The notes beneath the pieces were generated by a model. The model was given only the letters and a program-made list of their open reading frames with translations. It did not search any database and was not told where the DNA came from. Both the position numbers and the translations under genes were made by a program. Positions 37,722 to 48,660 of a stretch of 64,000 bases of DNA are shown here, one piece after another; the first letter of the stretch is position 1, and every line of letters starts with the position of its first letter. Location of the stretch: contig MU006094.1 in NCBI GenBank assembly GCA_010093705.1, positions 1,215,550 to 1,279,549 of the forward strand, written 5' to 3'. The DNA comes from Patellaria atrata CBS 101060 (lineage: Eukaryota).

Positions 37722-38385
37722 ACTTAGAAGATAGCACATCAAATGAATTCGTGCAACTGTTCAGTCCAGTCCACATACAAAAATTGCATATCTTGACTTT
37801 GCTTTGAAGTTGAATTAAGCCCTGCATGGGAGGCGTTGTTTGGGAGGCGTTGTTTCGAAACATGTACGATCTGGCAGTTGACCTGCAGACAAGGACCCAT
37901 GCGACAGGAAGCAGGGGCTGAGCCGCAACGAGCCAGGATCCGGGTTTTGTCGATCGCTTACGTAGTCCATTGCGCAACTTCTGGCGAATGGAAGCAATGT
38001 ATTTACATCCACCGCCCCTTTCTATTGTTGGGCTGACCACAGGCTACCTGCCCTGGTCGGATGGAACAGCTCACGCCCATTTCCAATCTGGAGCGTGTCT
38101 GGGCCCACAATCAGGACCTTGAGACCAAAATCGGGGTACATTTGGAACGGAAGCTTCCCTTGCCGGCAGTCGATCACGATTGGACACATCAACTCTATAT
38201 CTCATGAAAATGGTTTATTTATGTTCACACCTCAACGCGAAATGGTTTGATTTTTAAACAAAACATCTACCTTCAAGCCCATTCGTTGCAGTTACAAGTA
38301 ATGGTGAATCATATGCAAGCGCAACCGGTAAGTTGACATTCTGCTGCTGGGCCAGGCACAGCGTACTGATATACACTGGTAGTCT

Positions 38386-38910
38386 ATGGCTCTCCCTTCA
38401 CCAAGTCCAATGGTCCAGGATGTTCTCCAAAAACTCAACTCGATTGGAGCCGACTTCGTTTGGATCTTTGCCATATATCAAGAACAGACGCGCATCATCA
38501 AGGCGTTGAAGGATGACATCACCAACATCTCAGCCTCTCACGAACTGCTACGCGAGACATACAATCTTGCAGAACAGGAGATCACGTCGCTCAAGTCTCT
38601 ACTATACAATAGCGGTGACGATGCAAGCGATGGTTACACGGAATCTTCTTCTTAAAGCTCCACTGAAGAAATGATGAAGGACCAGCAGGAGGAAATATCC
38701 TATCTCAAAGCGGAAAGCCGCAGAGTTGAACGCGAACATGAGGTTGGAATGGCTGGAATGACTGAAATCACCCGAAAGTATGAGGAAGCACTAACGCACG
38801 CAAGTGCTCTGGTTGCTGCCGGTGCAAAGAAGATAGCCGAGCTTGAAGCGAAGGGCGAATCTCAAGTCAGCGATCAAAGCCATGAGATGAATGAGAGTGA
38901 AGAGGCTTAA
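38386..38910 (+). pseudogene. Coiled-coil protein gene with one in-frame stop
   Basis: ORFs 38386..38655 and 38671..38910 share a frame, separated by a single TAA. Confidence 0.6.
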
Positions 38911-39461
38911 GGGGTGTTTTTTTAAGCTACATCGTTAGCCTAGATCTCTTTCAATATCATTATCCCGCGTCAACGTCAATAATAACCAGGAATAACAAAC
39001 ACGTGAGAATACGTGTGGATGCACTCTTCGAGCCTTTGGGCTCTCTTCAAGTCATTGGCGCCCAAGCACTTCGATCGCTAGGATCATGATTCAAGTTAGA
39101 GCATATTTCACATTCCAAAGCGGTGAACGGAGTGATATTGGCATGGACGGAAACCGAATTGCCATGATGGCGCAGTAGGTTTCAGAAATTCGCTCTTGGA
39201 ATGAATAACGTGATGTCGTAGGACGGAAGCCCGGGGTGGGTTGGGGAGGGGGGCCAAAAGTGGGACTTTGGAACTGACTATGGCATCCATCCATTGTGAT
39301 TTTATTATAGATCCCTCTGGTAGAAAAGAAGTGTGGTTACGAATCTTTTCCATTCACGGCAGCTCCGACTGCAAAAACTTTGACCATGGCCAACTCGCCT
39401 GTTGAGCAAGACATGCACAATGTACGGCTTCAAGCGCAGCGCAGGGAAGAGCACTACTAAT

Positions 39462-39956
39462 ATGGCATAGGAAATCTCTAGGCAAGCAGCAGCACATTTA
39501 CCGTCTCCTGTGGCTGCAATCATGAACGGATTGCGAGCTGCAGTTGAAGAAGCAGAAGGGGAAATTCGGCACTCCACGTTCTCTATGAGGGCCTCTTGCG
39601 AGCAGAGAGCAGACCAGAATTCGCAAGCCTTGCAAGAACAGGCTGACAATGCTCAACGGACTCATTTCATCCTGCGGGAAAGGAATCAAGAAGTGTTGAT
39701 GATCAACTCCATGTTGCGCAGCGAGCTTGCTGAGGTGCGGAGAGAAAATGAAGCGTATAAACAACAACTCAAGCTACTCGAGCAAGAGTGTCGATCTAGC
39801 GATGATGAATCAGCTCGAAGTCTGGCTGAACTGACGGATGCCACCACAGTGCTGGCAAGTTGCATTGCGTTGCCAGCTCAGAAGAAGAGGGCTGGTATTC
39901 GCAAACCAAGGCTGAAGCAGAGAGCAACAGGCAGGGAGCGAAGCGTGAAGAGGTAG
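39462..39956 (+). pseudogene. Coiled-coil protein gene, TAG at codon 3
   Basis: ATG GCA TAG GAA... is in frame with ORF 39510..39956; could still be translated from a downstream ATG. Confidence 0.55.
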
Positions 39957-41090
39957 AAAGTCAAAGAGTATTTGGAATACCATTTTGATGTCTAAATGAC
40001 AGATAGAGAGGCTTCTGCTTCGAATGTCATTGTTCTCACCACATTGTCGAGCGTGCAGACGTTGGTGGTTGCATTAAGGTTTGTAAGACTCCGCGCGCAT
40101 TGGCCAAACATGTTTGAAACAAAACGTGGCCAGTAAGCCACGATCGTCGCAGGGCCAGTGGTTCGTGCATCGGGAACTTTCAGATCCGCATCACCCCGCA
40201 AGACGGCTAAGCCACACTCGTTGGATCTACAGAAATGCATGGAAAACGGCTAGAACTTGCTAAAATTGGGACATGAACATTGACTATCCAATGAAAGTCT
40301 CAAGTTTAGCGCCCCAACCCGATGCTTCGCCGGGGTTCAATCTCGCTGCAGCGGAGGCCATCCTAAATTGTTTCTCGTCCAGGACGAAGGTCGATCTCCT
40401 CCAACAATGTTCTTACCTAACGTTAGTATTTTTTTGACAGTTCTGCAAATCTTGATGCTCGTTTCTTGCCTGTACAGACTGTTCTCTGTACTAGAGGATG
40501 CCATGCCCCCCAAGAGTATCAGAGCGCTCTTTGTAGGTCTTGACGTGGCGAAGATATATGTATTGAGAATCTACTCAAATGTACCGGTCTAGCATTTCCA
40601 ATGATCCTGCATTTTTGTCCGCAACCCTTGCGGTATGGTCAGGTTTTTTGATGGATGGATCTCTCAAACTGTCTGGCGCATACCCGACTGGAACTGTCAT
40701 GGTAGACGAAGAGATGCTTTTAGATTGGCCGAACTCTCCGCGCTTCTGACCAAAAAGAGAGTCATGGAAAGAAAGTTTCTTAGTGTGTTAATTGAACGAA
40801 TGGATTGACGTGTGCTGCCTGTTGTCTGCCCGGTATGAAGCGTGAGGGTTCGAATACAAATTCGAGAGAGTAAGATTATCCGCAGATACGTACTCAGCTG
40901 GTAGGAATGACATGATCTTCTAGGAAGTCGAGAGAGCAACCATAATTCCAACAGACACTGTGATTCTTTCTGGAGTCTCTATTGTGACCTGGATTTGCAC
41001 CCGAAATTGTTGAAGAGGAAGAGCAAGGGACTGTGTATTTATAATTTCTGCAGTCAGACAGCTCCCAGTGTTTCATCATTCGGAAGGGAG

Positions 41091-41108
41091 GGTCCCGAAA
41101 ATGGTCCC
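41091..41108 (+). promoter_or_regulatory. CArG-like cargo motif copy GGTCCCGAAAATGGTCCC upstream of the MADS-like gene
   Basis: One of 10+ related copies in 36.2-48.4 kb; TATAAG at ~41161, ATG at 41210. Confidence 0.5.
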
Positions 41109-41209
41109 TCAAGGCGGTGCTTCCTTCCAGATAGTCAAAGAAGTCGAAGGCCCTGTGGAGTATAAGTTCACTGAAGCAGTCATTGAGATGGCTCACCGCC
41201 CAAACAAAT

Positions 41210-41705
41210 ATGCCTTCTCAAAAGCCCAGCCTTCATAAAAGACTAAACAAGAAGAAGAAAAGGCGATTCGGACCTTTAAGAGGCAAATGCCGAGAGTACG
41301 CAGAGCTTCCTGGAGTTGAGCTAGCGCTCTTCATTGCTTTCGAGAAGGTGGACAGAAACAACAAAACGAGAAAAGAGTTTTATTCTCTTCGATCTAAGCG
41401 TAACATCCCCTAGTTAAGAAACATAGATGGCATTGTAAGTTGTACATCATCGCCGTTGCCGTTGCCTTGGCTGACTGGTGCAGCTATCGGACGACTTGAA
41501 CAAGAACGAGTTGCTGGATGAGATGGGGAGCGACATTGAGATGCCTTGTGAAGAGCGAGATGATGAAATGGAAGGGGATGAGAAGAATACCCTTGTTGGT
41601 AGCAAATACCTGGATTTGCTGCTGGGCTCAACTGGAAATGGGCCAGTATTTCCTCCTCTACCTGATCTTGATCTCGACTTGATTTGCGATATCATGTCAT
41701 TTTAG
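41210..41705 (+). pseudogene. Divergent SRF/MADS-box-like small transcription factor with acidic tail, one nonsense codon
   Basis: KKRRFGPLRGKCREYAELPGVELALFI...FYSLRS resembles MADS core KRRxGLxKKAxELxxLxGxxVALII...LYxFS. TAG at 41411, phase-0 intron 41435..41483, acidic exon 2. Confidence 0.6.
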
Positions 41706-41833
41706 CTTACTAGACTTCAACTAGCATCGATGTATGTAATTCTTTGGCTATTTGAACACGTAAGAATGTCCCGTGTATGTCTTTTGATGTTTTTCATTTC
41801 TTTACTCAGTAATTGTAGCAGGCTAACAACAAC

Positions 41834-42424
41834 CTAGATAGCACCATTCGTGTACGCCCCTCGCTTCCTTGACTGCATTGCATACATCATTTCTGTCAGT
41901 GTCGGCTTCGTGGAAAGATCAACACGAGGTGGCTCTTCAAGGATAGTACAAAGTCGACGCGGCCTTTCCGTTCCCAAGTACTCGCATCTCGCCAGCTCGC
42001 CAGGCAATTCAATCCGACCCGTGGCTGAGCTACCTCCAGACAGCTCAGCAACCTTAATCTGGGGTTCCGCCTCTGGAACAGACTCGCCATAGTGATAATG
42101 GTTCACGTTTATGACAAGATTTTCTGGCTTAGACATATCCTTAATAAGAACTTTGAGTCTTTCGCACCCTGGTCTCCGGCAGATGATTTGATCTAAAGCT
42201 TCAACCGCGTCCATGCGCGTACGAGGTCTTCTGCTTTTGCCGCAGCGAGAGCATGCCGGTAAGTACACAAGTTGTTCGCTTTCTTGATGTTTTTTAGCAT
42301 CTTTCACTTTCTCCTTTGGCATTGGTAGAGGATGGTCTCGATAGTACGAGGTAGATGAACGGCTTTTTCGGCTCATTCTGCTTGCAATGGAAACGCAATC
42401 TCGGATTGCTGTCAAATTTTGCAT
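41834..42424 (-). CDS. Hypothetical protein with CxxC...CxxxxC zinc-binding motif
   Basis: 196-aa ORF: CSRCG...CRRPGC, INVNHYHY, AELSG/IELPG motifs. Confidence 0.65.
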   Translation of the reverse strand: MQNLTAIRDCVSIASRMSRKSRSSTSYYRDHPLPMPKEKVKDAKKHQESEQLVYLPACSRCGKSRRPRTRMDAVEALDQIICRRPGCERLKVLIKDMSKPENLVINVNHYHYGESVPEAEPQIKVAELSGGSSATGRIELPGELARCEYLGTERPRRLCTILEEPPRVDLSTKPTLTEMMYAMQSRKRGAYTNGAI

Positions 42425-42540
42425 TCTGGTATGTATGTAAGTGACAGTATCGTGTCGAACATTGTGAGCTCTGGTTCTTTATGGAAGCGCGTGGATGGAC
42501 TTCAGGGGGTTCAGGTTTTGACCCCCTCTGAGCAAATACT

Positions 42541-42584
42541 GAAATCGGGCTTCAATTTCAATATAGGGCCCGATTTCTGGACCC
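42541..42584. promoter_or_regulatory. Inverted pair of cargo motif cores in the divergent promoter of 42424(-) and PLP(+)
   Basis: GAAATCGGGC (42541-42550) and its perfect reverse complement GCCCGATTTC (42568-42577), then TATATAAG at ~42592. Confidence 0.5.
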
Positions 42585-42646
42585 AAGAGCGTATATAAGT
42601 TCGAGTCCACCTGCTATCGCTCAAGATCCCATCGTCCACGTTAATT

Positions 42647-44767
42647 ATGAAGCACTGTCAGCACACGAGCTGGCTAAGCCTTTGCTCTGAAGGCAACGAT
42701 ACGTACCTGGTGGTCTCCGATCGCCTTGATACCATTAAAACTCATATTCCTGAGCCAGAGTCCCAAACACCAAGCCTTTTTGTGCTGATTGGCAATAGAG
42801 CGAAATCCGTCGCACTACGCGAGCTTTTTGGAGCGAAGAGAAACCAACGGTTTCTTACAAAGCGAGTCCCAGGCGAAATACACCTTCATGTTGAAGCATC
42901 CAGTATCTTCAACGAAAGGCCTCTACTTATTGCCGATAGTGATATCCCAGCAAAGTCTTTGAGGGCCAAAATCCCTTCTACTAAGTGTCATGAAACCACG
43001 AAGCAGATTGTCCGGAGACCTGGCTCACTCGGCGAGATATCTAGTACCATCTACTCTCAGCTGCTTCAACCATTTGTTGACGTGTTCTGTTTCTTCGCAG
43101 ATGACCTAGGCGGTTTCAAGCAAGTTGCACATCATCTTGCTACGTGGCTTGAGCAGGTTCAAGAGTCGACAACTCTCAGGAGTACTCGCCCACGGGTGGT
43201 CATAGTGACCGAAAAAATCCCCTCAAGCGTGGAAAATGAGAAAGAGGCAAGAAAAGCCTTTTTGTGGCTGCTGAGCGAGGAAACGAAAAGAGATCTGTTT
43301 GAACAGGTTTCGGCAATTGAGATAATTGCACTTTTCCCAGCCGGCGCACTCTCTGTCAATGCTCGCCACAGACTGCTCAAGGAACGTATCATGAGTGGAT
43401 CAGACCAAGTGCGGAAGAGTAGGGAGCAGTCTAGATGTCTGTTCTCTGTGACTCACTTTACTGCGTTCCTTGCGAGTGCATGTGAACAATTCTCACGGGT
43501 TGCAAATGAGCCATTCGATTTTATCAAGGCTTCCCGAGTGGACAATCCGGCACCAGAGGATTTGGATGAGCATTTAGCTAACCTAATGAAACACATTAAG
43601 GATTCTGGAGATCTCACTGCGTTTGCAGCTCCTACCATCGCATCTAGTCTTTTGCTGGATAGCTACCCTCCCAATTCACACTGTAAGTCGTAACGCAGTG
43701 GCCAGTTTGCAAACATATTAACAAATCGATAGTGTTTCCTCCGGAGAAAGTGATGGACACTCTTTATAAAGATTTATTCCCAAAAGAGAGGGTTATCTCC
43801 TTCGCGGATTCGAAAGATGTCATTCTCCGGAGTGGCTTCATTAACCTGGTCCGTACCCATTTGATCAGCTTCTTTGAGCAGCTAACACACGGTCCATCAT
43901 CGGCCGCAGAGATTCACTTCGGCAATCTGAATCGATTTAAATACCATTGGCAAAATATTCAAAGCAGCAGCACCTGTCTCTGCTGCCTACGTCGAAGACC
44001 ACAGTATAACCTATCATGCGGACATATCCTATGTGAGAACTGCGTTCTAATCTTTGGTGACGTTGACGAACACGATCCATGGATGTACAAGATATATCAC
44101 TGTTTCCTTTGTGGAGAAGAAATGCCCGAAGGAGTGAATGTTAAAATCCATCCTCCAACAGCTGGAGTGGGAATTCTCTGCGTTGATGGTGGGGGCGCTC
44201 GCGGCGCGTCGTCCCTTAGGATAATGAAGCGTATTCATGATCGAATCGGTTTGCCAATTCCCTTCCAGCAATTCTTTAAAGTCGCTTTTGGGATCAGTTC
44301 AGGTATGTTCCTGCCTATTTTGCTGATCGACCTACAGCTAACCTTATCCAGGAGGCCTCATCGTTCTAGCTATGTTTGTCAACGGTTGGGGCATTGAAGA
44401 GTCTACTGACACTTTTGAACGACTCGCCAAAGTCGCGTTTACGCCTCGAAAAGTGTCTAAAATCCCGATCTTCCGTAACATCATTGAACTTTTGATATCG
44501 TACTTTGCTGACGGACTCTATGCTCCCGAAAACATTGAAGCGGCGCTGAAACAGGTTTTCGGGAATGACAGAAGCATTTTGGATGTCTCGCATGCGACAA
44601 CTACAGGAACACGTATCGGGCTTCCTGTGGCCACTGTTGGTGGTACGCCGTCTCGCCGTATCTTCACGAACTACAATGGTGTGGGGGAGCGTGTTGAAGG
44701 TCAAGGTACGTCTCACGCGATGCAAATGAACCAAGCCCTGATCAGAGTAGAGGACCGCATCGTAAAC
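42647..44767 (+). pseudogene. Patatin-like phospholipase (Starship PLP type), 3'-truncated
   Basis: MKHCQHTSWL start, RING-like CLCC...CGHILCENC...CFLC, DGGGARG and GISSG (GxSxG). Introns ~43683-43732, ~44303-44351, ~44707-44751. Homology stops ~44767, before the SAAP/DGG motifs. Confidence 0.85.
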
Positions 44768-45133
44768 TGCTGTCAAATTTGTCTGCAGACTTGATTCTAG
44801 AAGCTAAAGAACATCTCCATGACCTAATCCAGAGAGCTGAGTAAATCTTAGACGATTTGGAGCTCGCTCAGGATATTTCGGCATTCTCACAGCACCAATA
44901 CACCCTCTCTAAAGGTTGCAGCACTTCACAGTCTCACGATCGGACCTCAATCTTCAAAACCTCTTCCGGACAACACCCCGATGTGAGGAGATGTCAAAAT
45001 ATGCCGAGCTGAGAGATGCCTCCCAAAGTATTGTTGAGACACAAAGATTGGAGATGCAGTACGTTAAGCCAAGGGCCGTGTACATTAGGAGGCCTACCAC
45101 ATCGGACAGCTCTCAATAGGGAAGGGTAGGGAA

Positions 45134-45201
45134 GGGACCAGTTCTGGGACCTTGGCTGCGTACAAGATGACGATCCGGCTTGTAGTCCTGAAATTGGTCC
45201 C
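45134..45201. promoter_or_regulatory. Inverted pair of cargo motif copies
   Basis: GGGACCAGTTCTGGGACC (45134-45151) and AGTCCTGAAATTGGTCCC (45184-45201), then TATATAT. Confidence 0.45.
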
Positions 45202-46695
45202 CTCTGGTTCGATGCTATATATCTCTCTTATTAGACATGCTGTTCCTCCTAGGAAATAATTTCTGCCAGGTTATGCAAGATCTTCTCTACTTTGAATCTC
45301 AAATAGAGCGGAGGTTTCTCACTACAAACGCAGTCTACAGATACACATGCGATAACACAAACTACGGTTTCAGATCTGGAGTGCCACATCTTTTGTTGAT
45401 CGTAAGAGTAAGAGGTCTTGCTGACGACCAGATTGGTATTATACTCTAATCTGCCGGGAAGCCTATTGAGAATATTTTGCCTGAAGTCCCTAAGCCGCGA
45501 TATAGCGATAGAACATGGAGGAACTCGAGATGGCACATTATACGGCGAATGCTCTTATGCTTATATGCGTTTTATATATATGGAGACATGCAGCGTATCT
45601 GCCGGCTCACAACAAGACCTCTACATGTATATATCCTCGGAGGTATTATAGGAAGGGTGCTTGACTTGCAGAAGCGGTTCTTACTAGCGAACCCGGATAA
45701 GCTAGAAGATCGCGAACCAGATATGCTGGAAAAAGAGATCATGTTGTAGGTGTAACTTAGGCAGTTCCTTATCTTCAGCCGTTTCGACTTCGTCCATAGA
45801 CCCACAATTCAAGTTTGCCTTCCCTTCTGAGACTTCGATGTAACATCTATCTGTTAGACAGTGGAAGGAAGAAGTGATAGTTACTATCTAGCGATCTGAG
45901 AGCTTTCTTATATAGTCCAAGCGTGCAAGGGTGATGTCTGAGAGTGACACTATCACCAACAGTGATTGTATCACGAAGTATAAACATCACAGTCACATAG
46001 GTGAGGGTGTCCTATTCAACACTATCCCGGTGCAACGAGCCACCCGGTGCGGCGAGCCATATCCCTCGGTACATTATCCCAAAGGCAGTCGCAACAACGC
46101 AATTCTATCTATACTCCATCTATTCCTGCTGAATACTATAGCTTGGTATCTTTGAGTGATGTGGACACCTTCAGACTTAAATATCACATTTTTAATCATT
46201 GCTCATTTGCCCGGTCTACACATAGCATCATTCTGAAAAGATCTTCGAACATTCTCGTCACAGCTTCGCCAGCATGCTCTTGTAAGGTTCAGCGTCTCTG
46301 AATGGCGCTGTGTTCGAGATTCCATGTTGGTAAGTTCATGGTCGGAATTATAGAGAGCGATGGGAATTATAAATCGATGAGTGGTGTTGTTGGGGGGACC
46401 AGTTTTGGGACCTGTTGCCGAAATGCTTGTCTATGGAGGGAGGGTTTCAAAGTGCAACCTTATGTCAGTTCGAGAGCTCACAGCCTTCTTGGAGACACAA
46501 TTAGATTTAAGATACGCGATGAGAGGAATCTATTACGATCATCCACAACAGATCACTTGTCGCTTCAGACTTCTACCGTCTAACTCTACTTTAGCTAGCT
46601 TCTTTCTTATCCCAAGAATCATGCAGTGTTATTGCCTCATACTGCTCACAAAGATTGGATACTGAGGTCGTAGAGCTACATGTGGTCGCCCCAGG

Positions 46696-46896
46696 TTAGT
46701 TCTGAGCGAGGAACTCTGCGAAAGATTCGCTTTCTTTTCCAGCTGGCACGCAGATCTCAGCATCATAATCCATCTGCATCTCGTCGAGTCGTTTGCTTAA
46801 TGCCATATGTGCGATGAGGTTTCGCAAATGTGATTCTTTTTGTAGTTTCTGTTCTACAAGGTCTTGAAGATATAGCATCTGGAATAGATATACCAT
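46696..46896 (-). CDS. Small ECM13-like protein (KL..E..LR.LI.H...L motif)
   Basis: 66-aa ORF QKLQKESHLRNLIAHMALSKRL; cargo motif copy 100 bp upstream (46996-47013). Confidence 0.55.
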   Translation of the reverse strand: MVYLFQMLYLQDLVEQKLQKESHLRNLIAHMALSKRLDEMQMDYDAEICVPAGKESESFAEFLAQN

Positions 46897-47218
46897 TGCT
46901 TGAATGTTCAGTATGAAAAATTTTGGTTATCTCTCTGTGAGATTTGAAGTGCATCTCGTCTGACTTTAAAGCATTTGAGCCGGCGAGCTGCGAGAGGACC
47001 CATTTTCGGGACCTTTCGCTCGCAACAGAACCGGGCCTTCAGAAGTCGTTGTGTGCAGCGATGCATCTCCGCGAAGTCCCTTACACGGTTAGGAGGATCA
47101 AACTCAAGACTTCGAAGATTGACTTACGAACTCGTCATGTCATTGTGCCGGTTCTGCGGTCACCCAAAAACTGCCTCTATCGAGTGCAGAGGGATCAAAT
47201 TTTCATTTATCTCATTGA

Positions 47219-48261
47219 TCACAACTGGCCATGCCACCTTCTCCTTTCAGCCGACCACCCTGTAGGTTCTTTCAACAGGAACAACATTGTAGATATCAGC
47301 TTCGTAAGAGCTGCAGTGTAGAGAGCAATCGCTAAATCGACAGTCTGAGTAATGCATGCACCAGTAAAGCTGCCTACAGCCAGACTGAGCAACGAAGCTA
47401 GTCGGTAATCCCGAGCGCTGTTGAAACCTTTATTCAACTGTCCATTTGCCAGAAGGTTGATATAGGTTGATGTTGATACCGATGTCAATTCGGATCTGGA
47501 GAAGTCTCGAACTGTGACGAGTTGAGACGCGTGTAACAGGCTAGAGCCTAGTGGTATGAGCGCGCCCTGCATCCGAAGATCAGCCAGTAATATTTTCCTC
47601 AAACCTGCCTTCAGACTCTTCTCTTCTTCTTTATCTTGATTGTAGATAGCATCTGGACTAGATAGTTGGAACACAATTACTAGAGGCCGCTCACAACGCG
47701 GAGGAAAATGATAGGAAGGATAAGATGACATAGACAGCTGGGCTACCTGGGTCAATCTTAAATGACTGGTAGATGACGCCGGCGGCCCAAATGAGGGTTG
47801 CTTGTGTCAAAGTAGAAGCTACGAGCCATATTCGACGTCTAATACTACGCAGCACTCTCTCAATTTGAGCTGTAGTATATGCGCCGGTAATGAAAAGACA
47901 AAAGCAAACACTGCTGTTACCGTAGTGAAAAGCTTTAGGTGCAAGTCCTGTTGCTCCAATAGAAAGGTATTGCATGTTGCTGATTTGGTTCGAAGTGGAG
48001 CAAGAGAAGGTAAGTAACTGATCATCGGATTAAAAGTGAGCGTCTGTTAAGGGTACCCAAACTCACCACCGAAGCATCTTGTATACCAGTAGCAAGAGTG
48101 AATGTTAAGAGCCCAAGCTCAAGGAATATATTCTCTTGAATATGGTCATTGAGATGTGCCCAAAACGTACTTCTTCCATAAGAGACCGAAGACCTAAGTT
48201 CTCCTTCTTTAAGATTAGTTTCTCGTGATGTGTCGGCGGAAGATGAGTTAAGGATGTTCAT
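47219..48261 (-). pseudogene. DUF1275/YoaK-family membrane protein gene disrupted by a solo LTR
   Basis: LTLATGIQDA, SNQ, WLVASTLTQA, SASQLV...ELTSV.TSTYINL, RDYRLASLLSL.VGSF.GA. Frame restored on LTR removal. Confidence 0.75.
47532..47695. mobile_element. Solo LTR, family A (164 bp), inverted relative to the 9886 copy
   Basis: TG...CA ends. TSD ACGCG at 47527-47531 and 47696-47700. About ten differences from the 9886..10048 copy. Confidence 0.92.
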
Positions 48262-48660
48262 CTAAGCCTGTGGGCCATTCTACATGGACCTTGACAGGAG
48301 TTAAAGATGGCGGGACGCGATCCGTCAAAGTAAGTTAGTGTTCAAGTTCTTCTCAAGTGGAAATTGGGACCCGTCTTGGCCTCAGTGGCTCGTTGAGTAT
48401 CAGCCTTGGGCAGTATGGCACCGTAGCATGTTGATAGCAAAGAAGCATTGTATCTACACTGTTATACTCGTAGGCACAATCCGAACCAGATAGCCATGCA
48501 GTGGCCGAAAAATATCAAAACAACGACGGGTGCAGAACGCGAAGAGCCGGTGTTACGCTATAACAAGAACAGAATCGTACTCTAGGCATCATCACCAATC
48601 TCATTCCCGTCACTCTCTGAATCGATCTCTGCAGTACTCAAGTTAGAATATGGAGTCGTT

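Noticed and set aside
45237..46665. Short ORFs after the motif copies at 45184 and 46395
   Set aside because: Probably decayed small genes, but no model can be supported.
48548..48556. CGGTGTTAC as a right terminus matching TAACACTG/TTAC at 34768-34780
   Set aside because: Only 7 of 8 bases match, which is expected by chance, and cargo-like genes continue beyond it.
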